Positions 1 to 7,574 of a DNA stretch of 64,000 bases are shown piece after piece; position 1 is the stretch's first letter; every line of letters begins with the position of its first letter. Below the pieces are notes generated by a model, which made no database searches, was not told the origin of the DNA, and saw only the letters and a list, made by a program, of their open reading frames with translations. The stretch is from Chloroflexota bacterium (lineage in GTDB: Bacteria; Chloroflexota; Dehalococcoidia; UBA2979). The stretch covers positions 272 to 64,271 of the forward strand of contig JAQCIU010000017.1 in assembly GCA_027593235.1 (NCBI GenBank). The letters are read 5' to 3'. Position numbers and translations under genes: made by a program.

Positions 1-2
1 CC

Positions 3-656
3 GCCGAGGCCGGTGCACCAACCACCGCCACCGCGGTCCCGTTCACCCCCACCCCACCGATCAGTGACCTCATCCCCGACGTCCTCACCGGCTTCGCCTA
101 CCCGATCGCCGATGCCTGCCTCCCCTCCCGAGACGAAGTCATGCCCAACGCCCCGCGCACCTACCGCAACGGCTTCCACGAAGGCGTCGACTTCTACAAC
201 GGCGACGTCTGCACCGAGATCTCCCGCGACCTCCCCGTCCTCGCCATGTACGACGGCGTCGTGGTCCGCGCGCTCCACGACTACGTCGACATCACCCCGG
301 ACGTCGTCGCCACCCTCACCGCCCGCACCGCCGATCAAGGCTTCACTGACCCCGAAGCGCTCGACATCTACCGCGGTCGCCAGGTCTGGATCGACCACGG
401 CAACGGCATCGTCAGCCGTTACTGCCACCTCGAAAGCATCGATCTCGCCGTAGCCGTCGGGGTCGCGGTCCGCCAGGGCGACCTGCTTGGCGGCGTCGGC
501 GATTCGGGCACCCCCGAGTCCATCACCGACCCTGGCGTTGAACTCCATCTCCACGCCGAAGTCCGCATCGGCGAAAGCTTCCTCGGCGACGGACTCGACC
601 CCGTCACCGTCCGCGCCCTCTACGAGCAGCTCTTCACGCCGCCGCCCGCCGAATAA
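3..656 (+). CDS. M23/LytM-family metallopeptidase (5' end outside window)
   Basis: The reading frame is open from the window edge. It has the zinc-ligand motifs HEGVDF (HxxxD) and HLHAEV (HxH) plus the IDHGNGIVSRYCHL core. Confidence 0.75.
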   Translation, partial: AEAGAPTTATAVPFTPTPPISDLIPDVLTGFAYPIADACLPSRDEVMPNAPRTYRNGFHEGVDFYNGDVCTEISRDLPVLAMYDGVVVRALHDYVDITPDVVATLTARTADQGFTDPEALDIYRGRQVWIDHGNGIVSRYCHLESIDLAVAVGVAVRQGDLLGGVGDSGTPESITDPGVELHLHAEVRIGESFLGDGLDPVTVRALYEQLFTPPPAE

Positions 657-763
657 CGCGAGCCGTCCCCAGAACCGCCGCCCACCGCCCGCCCGAGCGA
701 TCGCGTCGTACCATCGAGGGTGCATGCGACCGCGCTCCCACCCCGGATGAAAGCTCGATAGAC

Positions 764-1639
764 GTGACCCCACTGCTCGTAATCGAGATCCCCTGGGGAC
801 CCAACATCACCACCGTCGCCGGGTTCCTGCTGACCTGGCACGGCCTCTTCACCGCCGTAGGCATCCTCGTCGGCGTCCAGGTCGCCCTCCGCATCGGCCG
901 TGCCACCGGCGTCGACGAGGACGACATGTACACGCTCGCCCTCGTCGCCGTCCCCGCCGGGATCGTCGGCGCGCGCGGCCTCTACGTCATCGAGAACTGG
1001 GACTTCTTCGGATCCAATCTCGGTCAAATCATCGCCATCACCGAGGGTGGCATCTCTGTGTGGGGCTCCCTGATCACGGGCGTCCTTGGCGCTGCCGCCT
1101 TCGCCGTCTGGCGCGGCTACCAGGTTCGTCCCACCCTCGATGCCGCCGCGTTCGGGATGATCCTCGGGCTCGGCATCGGTCGCCTCGGCGACCTCATCAA
1201 CGGCGAACACCTCTCGCGCCCCACCGACCTGCCCTGGGGCGTCGTCTACACCTCGCCCGACTCACCCGCCTTCGCTCACTCCATCGCCGTCGGCGCCCAC
1301 CACCCCGCCACGAGCTACGAAATGATCCTTGGCGGACTGATCTTCGCTGCACTCTTCCCGCTCTTCTTCCGCTGGCTCTACCGCTACCCCGGCGTCACCT
1401 TCATGGTCACCGCGGCTGCCTACGCGCTCGTCCGCTTCATGCTCACCTACCTGCGCGTCGATTCCGCCGATCTCGCACTCGGGATCCGCGTGCCCCAGAT
1501 CGTCTCCATCCTCACCTGGCTCATCGTCATCCCGCTCGCCATCTACTGGCTCCGCCAGGGCGCCGACGAGGATCGCCCCGTCCCCCACGTGCCCGGGCGC
1601 ATCCCGATCGCCCGCCCGGAGCCGAGCGCGCGTCGGTGA
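764..1639 (+). CDS. lgt: prolipoprotein diacylglyceryl transferase
   Basis: 291-aa polytopic membrane ORF with the GISVWGSLITG, GRLGDLINGEH and PWGV motifs characteristic of Lgt. GTG start. Confidence 0.85.
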   Translation: MTPLLVIEIPWGPNITTVAGFLLTWHGLFTAVGILVGVQVALRIGRATGVDEDDMYTLALVAVPAGIVGARGLYVIENWDFFGSNLGQIIAITEGGISVWGSLITGVLGAAAFAVWRGYQVRPTLDAAAFGMILGLGIGRLGDLINGEHLSRPTDLPWGVVYTSPDSPAFAHSIAVGAHHPATSYEMILGGLIFAALFPLFFRWLYRYPGVTFMVTAAAYALVRFMLTYLRVDSADLALGIRVPQIVSILTWLIVIPLAIYWLRQGADEDRPVPHVPGRIPIARPEPSARR

Positions 1640-1911
1640 CCGTCCCCGGCGGATCCCCACCAGTTCCCGTCACCCTCTACACCCGCGCCGGCTGCCACCT
1701 CTGCGAGGAAGCCGCCACCGACCTGGCCACGCTCGCCCGCGCCCTCCCCATCGCCGTCACGACCATCGACGTCGATCTCGATCTCCAGCTCCTTGAGCGA
1801 TTCAACGACCTCGTACCCGTGATCGCCGTCGCTGACGAGATCGTGACGACCGCCCCGATCGACCTCGCAGCAGTCCGTGCGGCTGTCCGATCCGCCAACT
1901 CCGTTCGATAA
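1636..1911 (+). CDS. glutaredoxin-like thioredoxin-fold protein (DUF836-type)
   Basis: Only the 3' part of long ORF 1060..1911 looks genuine. A GTG at 1636 overlaps the lgt stop. The sequence VTLYTRAGCHLCEE contains a CxxC, and the protein is about 91 aa. Confidence 0.6.
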   Translation: MTVPGGSPPVPVTLYTRAGCHLCEEAATDLATLARALPIAVTTIDVDLDLQLLERFNDLVPVIAVADEIVTTAPIDLAAVRAAVRSANSVR

Positions 1912-1971
1912 TCGATTGACAGTCGGCGAGGCCACTTCTAGCCTCGTCACACACGGTTCCGTTCGCGGAGC

Positions 1972-2095
1972 CGGTTCATCAAGAGCGGCAGAGGGCTCGG
2001 CCCTGCGAAGCCGCGGCAACCGGTGATCCCTTCGCCAGGGGTCAACACGGTGCCAAGTCCGGCCTGCTGGCAAGTCCAGCGGGGACGATGAACGG
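1972..2095 (+). promoter_or_regulatory. SAM-I (S-box) riboswitch aptamer
   Basis: The P1 stem pairs GTTCATC (1974-1980) with GATGAAC (2087-2093). The conserved core reads AAGAG-CGGCA-GAGGG-CTC-GGCCC ... GGCAACC ... GGTGCCAAGTCC. It lies about 190 nt upstream of the ThrC-like gene. Confidence 0.8.
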
Positions 2096-2285
2096 AAGGC
2101 GCCTCATATGACTCACCTCTGCATCCACCTCACACTCCGCTCCTCGGACGAGATGGACATGCGCTAGCCCGACCCCTGACCTTTCGAGGTCGGCCGGCTC
2201 GGGCGCCCCTGCTCCGCCATCACCCAGCACACCTCGCGCCGTCAGCCCCTTGCGGCTGCGCCGCACCGTTTCCGAGGAACCAACG

Positions 2286-3542
2286 ATGTCCTATAGCCAC
2301 GCGCTCCGCTGTCGCGAATGTGGTCGGGAGTACCCGCTCGACCCGATCTTCTCCTGCGAGTTCTGCTTCGGCCCCCTCGAGGTCGCCTACGACTACGAGG
2401 CCATCGCCGCCAACACCACCCGCGCAAGCATCGAGGCTGGCCCCACCACCCTCTGGCGCTACGCCAACCTCCTGCCCTGCGACGTCGAATACAAGGTCGA
2501 TATCGGCACCGGCTTCACCCCGCTCATCAAGGCGGATCGCCTCGCCAAGGCCGTCGGCCTCGACACCCTCTGGGTGAAGAACGACACCGTGAACCCCACC
2601 TGGTCGTTCAAGGATCGCGTCGTCAGCGTAGCCATCGCCCGCGCCCGCGAATTCGGGTTCGACGCCATGGCCTGCGCCAGCACCGGCAACCTCGCCAACT
2701 CCGTTGCCGCCCACTCCGCCGCCGCCGGCATGGACTGCTACGTCTTCATCCCGGACGACCTGGAGCAGGGCAAGGTCGTCGGCAGCGGCATCTACAACCC
2801 GACGCTAGTCATGATCGAAGGCTCCTACGACGACGTGAACCGCCTCTGCACGGAGGTCGCCTCCGTCCGCCCCTGGGCCTTCGTCAACATCAACGTGCGC
2901 CCGTACTACGCCGAAGGATCGCGCACCCTCGGCTTCGAAATCGCCGAGCAGCTCGGCTGGCGCACGCCCGATCACGTTATCGCCCCCATGGCCTCCGGAT
3001 CCCTCTTCACCAAGATCTGGAAGGGCTTCCAGGAGTTCCACAAGGTCGGCCTGATCGACGCGCCAACCACCCGCATGTCTGGTGCGCAGGCCGCCGGCTG
3101 CTCGCCGATCACCACCGCCTACGAGGCCGGCACGCTCAACTTCGTGCCTCAGAAGCCCAACACCATCGCCCGCTCGCTCGCGATCGGAAACCCGGCGGAC
3201 GGCTACTACGCCCTCAAGGTCATCGAGGACACCAACGGCGGCGCCGCCATGGTCACCGACGACGAAATCGTCGATGGCATCAAGCTCCTCGCCGAAACCG
3301 AAGGCATCTTCGCCGAGACCGCCGGTGGCGTAACCGTCGCCTGCCTCAAGAAGATGGTGGAGTCCGGCCACATCCGCCGCGACGAAGAGTCAGTCGCCGT
3401 CATCACCGGCGGTGGACTCAAAACCATCGAGGCCGTCCGCGACCACGTCTCCGAGCCGCTTCGCATCCCCGCCCGCGTCGCCGATTTCGACGCCGCGTTG
3501 GCTGCCCGCGAAGCTGCCCCGGTTCCCGTGGGCGCGAGCTAA
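2286..3542 (+). CDS. threonine-synthase-family PLP enzyme, candidate homocysteine-forming MetM-like enzyme
   Basis: It has an N-terminal Cys4 ribbon (CRECG...CEFC) and a SFKDR PLP-lysine motif. The ATG at 2286 follows a GAGGA Shine-Dalgarno. Context is a SAM riboswitch upstream and a sulfur carrier downstream. A separate housekeeping thrC sits at 51563. Confidence 0.7.
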   Translation: MSYSHALRCRECGREYPLDPIFSCEFCFGPLEVAYDYEAIAANTTRASIEAGPTTLWRYANLLPCDVEYKVDIGTGFTPLIKADRLAKAVGLDTLWVKNDTVNPTWSFKDRVVSVAIARAREFGFDAMACASTGNLANSVAAHSAAAGMDCYVFIPDDLEQGKVVGSGIYNPTLVMIEGSYDDVNRLCTEVASVRPWAFVNINVRPYYAEGSRTLGFEIAEQLGWRTPDHVIAPMASGSLFTKIWKGFQEFHKVGLIDAPTTRMSGAQAAGCSPITTAYEAGTLNFVPQKPNTIARSLAIGNPADGYYALKVIEDTNGGAAMVTDDEIVDGIKLLAETEGIFAETAGGVTVACLKKMVESGHIRRDEESVAVITGGGLKTIEAVRDHVSEPLRIPARVADFDAALAAREAAPVPVGAS

Positions 3543-3585
3543 CCTCCCGGCGCTGTCGCAGCGAACGAAATCTGAGGACACCGAC

Positions 3586-3831
3586 ATGGCTTCCCGACAC
3601 ATCCGCTTCACCTTCTCCGGTGACCAGGTGAAGCGACCACTCATCTACGAATTGGGTCACCAGTTCAAAGTCGTCACCAACATCCGCATGGCCGACGTCG
3701 GCCAGACCACCGGCTGGGTCGTCCTCGAAATCGAGGGCGACGACGACGAAATCAAAAAGAGCCTCGCCTGGGCCCGCGAACAGGGCGCACGCGTCGACGA
3801 AGCAACCCTCGGCGACGTCGTCGAAGGCTAG
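3586..3831 (+). CDS. stand-alone NIL-domain protein
   Basis: 81-aa protein. HIRFTFSGDQVKRPLIYELGHQFKVVTNIRMADV...GWVVLEIEGDDDEI matches the NIL domain pattern found at the C-terminus of MetN. Confidence 0.7.
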   Translation: MASRHIRFTFSGDQVKRPLIYELGHQFKVVTNIRMADVGQTTGWVVLEIEGDDDEIKKSLAWAREQGARVDEATLGDVVEG

Positions 3832-3918
3832 AGAACCCCAAACTCCGGACCCCGGCGGCGCCTGCCGCCGGCGGTCCGCGACACCACCGCACCCGTCCAC
3901 CGAAAGGACCGCGCCACC

Positions 3919-4197
3919 ATGGCCGTCACCGTCAAAATCCCCACCCCGCTCCGCAACCTCACCGGCGATGCCTCCGAGTACAGCGCCGACAGCGCCTCCC
4001 TCACCGCCCTCGTCGAAGAGCTCGAAGGCGCCTACCCCGGCATGCGAGAACGCCTCGTTGACGACGCCGGCGAACTCCGCCGCTTCGTCAACCTCTTCGT
4101 CAACGGCGAAGACATCCGCTTCCTCCAGGGCCTCGCCACCACCCTCAACCCCGGCGACGAAGTCTCCATCGTCCCCGCCGTAGCCGGCGGCGCCTAG
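3919..4197 (+). CDS. MoaD/ThiS-family sulfur carrier (carrier 1), C-terminus AGG-A
   Basis: 92-aa beta-grasp protein with RFVNLFVNGEDIRF and a terminal VAGGA. It is a paralog of the ORFs at 7281 and 8651. Confidence 0.8.
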   Translation: MAVTVKIPTPLRNLTGDASEYSADSASLTALVEELEGAYPGMRERLVDDAGELRRFVNLFVNGEDIRFLQGLATTLNPGDEVSIVPAVAGGA

Positions 4198-4252
4198 CGC
4201 CAACCGGCAGCGCCACACCTGCCGCGGGACCGGTCGCAGAGCGAGTCCCCTC

Positions 4253-4420
4253 CGCCCGGAGGCCAAGCCCGGGAACGCCCGAGGACAATCAACCCGGGTT
4301 TGCAAGGGGGTCGTAGGGGGACAGCCCCCGCGCGTAGCGCGATCAAATCCTCGATTCGCCCGGAGGCCAAGCGAGAAGCGCCCGAGGACAATCAACCCGG
4401 GTGGGTCGTAGGGGGACAGC
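4253..4420. repeat. imperfect tandem duplication (about 104-bp period) with GC-rich hairpins
   Basis: CGCCCGGAGGCCAAGC-N7/8-CGCCCGAGGACAATCAACCCGGGT...GGGTCGTAGGGGGACAGC occurs at 4253-4324 and again at 4357-4420. A hairpin AGGGGGACA-GCTA-TGTCCCCCT follows. Confidence 0.6.
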
Positions 4421-4632
4421 TATGTCCCCCTGCTGGGGGGTCGCAGGGGGGCGAAGCCACCCTGATCCCAACCCGACCCCCGAGGCACGCACCCACCCGA
4501 GGATCGCCGCTCACGCAACAGCCGCGGAGGCCCGGCCATCCCTATCCCACCTAAGAAGCGCGCGAGGACAGCGCCCCGGAGCGAGCGCCGCGACCGGCGG
4601 CGGAACAGACAGCGCGCTGCGCCAGGTCGCCG

Positions 4633-5554
4633 CTACCCCGCGGCCGCAGCCACCCCAACCACCGGCCCCGCCGCCCGACTCTCCAACAACAACTCCACGA
4701 TCTCAGTCATGTGATCCAACATCAGCAAGTGCCCGGCATCCTCGATGTACCGCGTCTCCGCGTGAGGCAACGCCCCCGCCACCCACTCCGCCAGCCACAT
4801 CGGCACCACATCGTCTGCCGTCCCATGCCACAACTGCAGCGGCGCCTGCACCGAGGTCACATCGAACCCCCAGCGCCGCGCTAGCAACCGCAACTCCTGC
4901 GCCAGCGTCCCCCCGCCCCCCGCCCCGCGCCACCGAGGCCAGTAGGTCCTGTCGCATCACTGCATTGATCGCTGGCTGCCGGATCAGCGTCCGATCCGCC
5001 TCCGGCGCCGCATTCGATCGTCGCTGCAGGAACATCCCCACATCCGACTCGATCGCCCGCGCGACCTGCCGCGTTCGGAACCGCACTACCGGCGCCAGCC
5101 GTGCCATCGCGAACCGCTCCAGCCGCTGTCGTCGTGTCAGCCGCGCGTCCGCCTCGGGCGTGCGGAGCGGCCCCATCGCGCTCACATTCGCCACCGAGGC
5201 CACTCGATCCGGCATCGCCGCCGCCGTCGCCAGCGCGAACGGCCCCCCGCCCGAATACCCGAACACCGAGAACCGATCGATCCCCAGCACGTCTAGCGCG
5301 TCCGCCACATCCGTCGGCCAGTCGTGAATCTGCCGGCCCGGCAGCCGATCCGACAGCCCGTACCCCGGCCGATCGAACGCGATCACCCGCGCCCCGTGCG
5401 ATTGACCCACCAGCCCCGCCGAATGCGAGGAGTGTCGTGACCCGGGAATCCCGTGGAAAAACAGCACCGGCCAGCCGTCGTCAGCCCCGTACGAGGCGTA
5501 CCCGAGGCGGCGGCCGTCGGGCAGTGTGAGCTGGTTGTCTGTGTTGATCGGCAT
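4633..5554 (-). pseudogene. alpha/beta-fold hydrolase interrupted by a 1-nt frameshift
   Basis: The N-terminal part (from MPINTDNQ at 5554; HGIPGS oxyanion motif, GYSGGG nucleophile elbow) is in a different frame from the C-terminal part (GTADDVVP, AGHLLMLDH). The frames switch inside the C6-G-C6-G-C4 tract at 4909-4926. Removing one base restores ...ARGGGGGTLAQELRLLARRWGF... Confidence 0.55.
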
Positions 5555-5675
5555 AGATCGAGCCGTCCTGGAGCGGACCGGAGCCCCTCGATCGTACCAG
5601 CCCCTAGATCGGCGCCCGGGGCCCATTCCCGACCCCGTGCGCACCTCCCGAGGATGCACACCCGCTTACTGATCG

Positions 5676-5716
5676 TGCTACAATCTTGACCTAGCTAGTC
5701 GTGAATTATCCACGAC
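5676..5716 (+). promoter_or_regulatory. candidate extended -10 promoter and inverted-repeat operator upstream of the Rrf2 gene
   Basis: TG-C-TACAAT lies at 5676-5684. An inverted repeat GTCGTG-AATTATC-CACGAC lies at 5698-5716, 29 nt before the ATG at 5745. Confidence 0.35.
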
Positions 5717-5744
5717 CCGCAACACGACCAACCTCGGACGGCAC

Positions 5745-6188
5745 ATGCTCCTCAGTACCAAAGGCGACTACGGCGTTCGCGCCCTCATCGACCTCGCCAA
5801 ACACACCGGCGAGGGCCCGGTGCAGCGCGCCGAAATCGCCCGCCGTCGCAAGATTCCCGAGTCCTACCTCGATCACCTCCTCGCCCAGCTCCGCCGCGAC
5901 GGCTACCTGCGCAGCACGCGCGGCCCCGGCGGCGGACACGAACTTGCCAAGGCCCCAGACGACATCACCCTCCTCGAGGTCCTCGAAAGCCTCGAGGGCT
6001 CCCTCGTCCCCATGGAGTGCGTCAACGAAGCCCCCGGATCCGATGCCGGTGCGCTCTGTGGCCAGCAATGGGTCTGGCAGGACATCTACACCCAGATGCG
6101 CGAACGCCTCGCCCAAACCACGATCGCCGACCTCGTCGATCACGAACGCGACCACGAACGGCAAGCCGCCGCCATGTACAGCATCTAG
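5745..6188 (+). CDS. Rrf2-family transcriptional regulator (CymR/IscR-like)
   Basis: MLLSTKGDYGVRALIDLA...IPESYLDHLLAQLRRDGYLRSTRGPGGG is the canonical Rrf2 winged-helix N-terminus. It lies immediately upstream of cysK. Confidence 0.85.
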   Translation: MLLSTKGDYGVRALIDLAKHTGEGPVQRAEIARRRKIPESYLDHLLAQLRRDGYLRSTRGPGGGHELAKAPDDITLLEVLESLEGSLVPMECVNEAPGSDAGALCGQQWVWQDIYTQMRERLAQTTIADLVDHERDHERQAAAMYSI

Positions 6189-6205
6189 CCGCGGGCACAG
6201 GACGC

Positions 6206-7162
6206 ATGACCACCGACGCCCAGACACCTCCCCAGGCGCCCACCCACACCACGCCGCTGATCGCCGGCAGCGTGCTCGATCTCGTCGGCAACACCCCGCT
6301 CGTTCGCCTCAACCGCGTCGTCCCGCCAGACGCCGCCGAGGTGCTCGGCAAGTTCGAGGTCTTCAACCCCGCCGGTTCGGTCAAGGACCGGATCGCCCGC
6401 TCGATGGTCGAATCCGCTCAGGGCGCCGGCCTCATCAAGCCCGGTGACACCCTCGTCGAGCCCACCTCCGGCAACACCGGTATCGGCCTCGCCATGGTCT
6501 GCGCCGCGCTCGGCTACCACCTCGTCCTCACCATGCCGGACGACATGTCCGTCGAACGCCGCCGCCTCCTCCAGCGCTTCGGCGCGGACCTCGTCCTCAC
6601 CCCCGCCATCGATGGCATGACCGGCGCCATCCACGCCGCGCAACAGCTCGTCGATCAGCACGGCTACTTCATGCCGCAACAATTCCAGAACCCCGCCAAC
6701 CCGGAGATCCACCGCCAGACCACCGGCCCCGAAATCCTCGAAGCCACCGGCGGGAAGCTCGACGCCTTCGTCGCCGGCGTTGGCACCGGCGGCACCATCA
6801 CCGGCGTCGGTGAAACGCTCCGCGCCGCCGGGCTCGATGCACGCGTCGTCGCCGTCGAACCCGCCCGTGCCCCTGTCCTCCAGGGCGGCCGCGCCGGCCT
6901 CCACGGCATCCAGGGCATCGGCGCCTCGTTCGTCCCCGGCGTCCTCAATACCGATATCTACACCCAGGTCATCAGCGTCTCCGACGAAGACGCCTACGAC
7001 ATGACCGGCCGCCTCGCTCGCGAGGAAGGCCTGCTCGTCGGCGTCTCTTCCGGCGCCAACGTCGCGGCCGCGATCCAGATCGCGAAGGAACTCGGCCCCA
7101 GCAAACGCGTCGTCACCATGCTCTGCGACACCGGCGAGCGTTACCTGAGTCTCGATCTCTAA
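6206..7162 (+). CDS. cysK: cysteine synthase A (O-acetylserine sulfhydrylase)
   Basis: LVGNTPLVRLN, NPAGSVKDRIA (PLP lysine), EPTSGNTGIGLA and GVGTGGTITG motifs. The ATG at 6206 lies inside the longer ORF 6017..7162. Confidence 0.85.
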   Translation: MTTDAQTPPQAPTHTTPLIAGSVLDLVGNTPLVRLNRVVPPDAAEVLGKFEVFNPAGSVKDRIARSMVESAQGAGLIKPGDTLVEPTSGNTGIGLAMVCAALGYHLVLTMPDDMSVERRRLLQRFGADLVLTPAIDGMTGAIHAAQQLVDQHGYFMPQQFQNPANPEIHRQTTGPEILEATGGKLDAFVAGVGTGGTITGVGETLRAAGLDARVVAVEPARAPVLQGGRAGLHGIQGIGASFVPGVLNTDIYTQVISVSDEDAYDMTGRLAREEGLLVGVSSGANVAAAIQIAKELGPSKRVVTMLCDTGERYLSLDL

Positions 7163-7280
7163 TGCCGAGCCAGATCGCCGCGCGGCGCAGTCAATCCTTC
7201 ACCCGGAGCGGGTCCGCCCCGCCCCGGTGGCGTGAGCTGCCGCACATCCCGCCGCCCGCGCAACAGCGGACACTCCGCGC

Positions 7281-7574
7281 GTGACAGTGAAGGTCTATAT
7301 CCCCTCCACCTTCCGCCGCCTCACCGACAACCGCGAACACGTAGAAGTCGAAGGGAACTGCGTCGCTGATGTACTCGAATCGCTCGAGGCCGCCTACCCC
7401 GGCTTCGGCGAACTGGTCTTCGATCAGGATCGAAACGTCCCGCGGCACATCAACATCTTCGTGAACAACCAGGAAATTCATGACCTGAACGGCACCGCCA
7501 CCCCGGTGGTGGACGGTGATCAGGTCGCAGTCATTCCAGCGCTAGCAGGGGGTGTCCACCATGGTCAGCAGTAA
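7281..7574 (+). CDS. MoaD/ThiS-family sulfur carrier (carrier 2) with a 6-residue extension after GG
   Basis: 97-aa paralog of carriers 1 and 3. It ends ...IPALAGG-VHHGQQ, and the tail codons overlap the start of the E1 gene. Confidence 0.75.
   Translation: MTVKVYIPSTFRRLTDNREHVEVEGNCVADVLESLEAAYPGFGELVFDQDRNVPRHINIFVNNQEIHDLNGTATPVVDGDQVAVIPALAGGVHHGQQ

Noticed and set aside
1060-1635. Upstream two-thirds of ORF 1060..1911
   Set aside because: It overlaps lgt out of frame and translates to Arg/Pro-rich nonsense. Only the part from the GTG at 1636, the CxxC thioredoxin-fold protein, looks genuine.
4401-5327. 308-aa plus-strand Pro/Ala/Ser/Arg-rich ORF, plus other alternative-frame ORFs such as 13..453, 2318..3631, 24717..25814 and 21135..22016
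   Set aside because: These are alternative frames or antisense readings of real genes. They show extreme low complexity, no Shine-Dalgarno and no motif.
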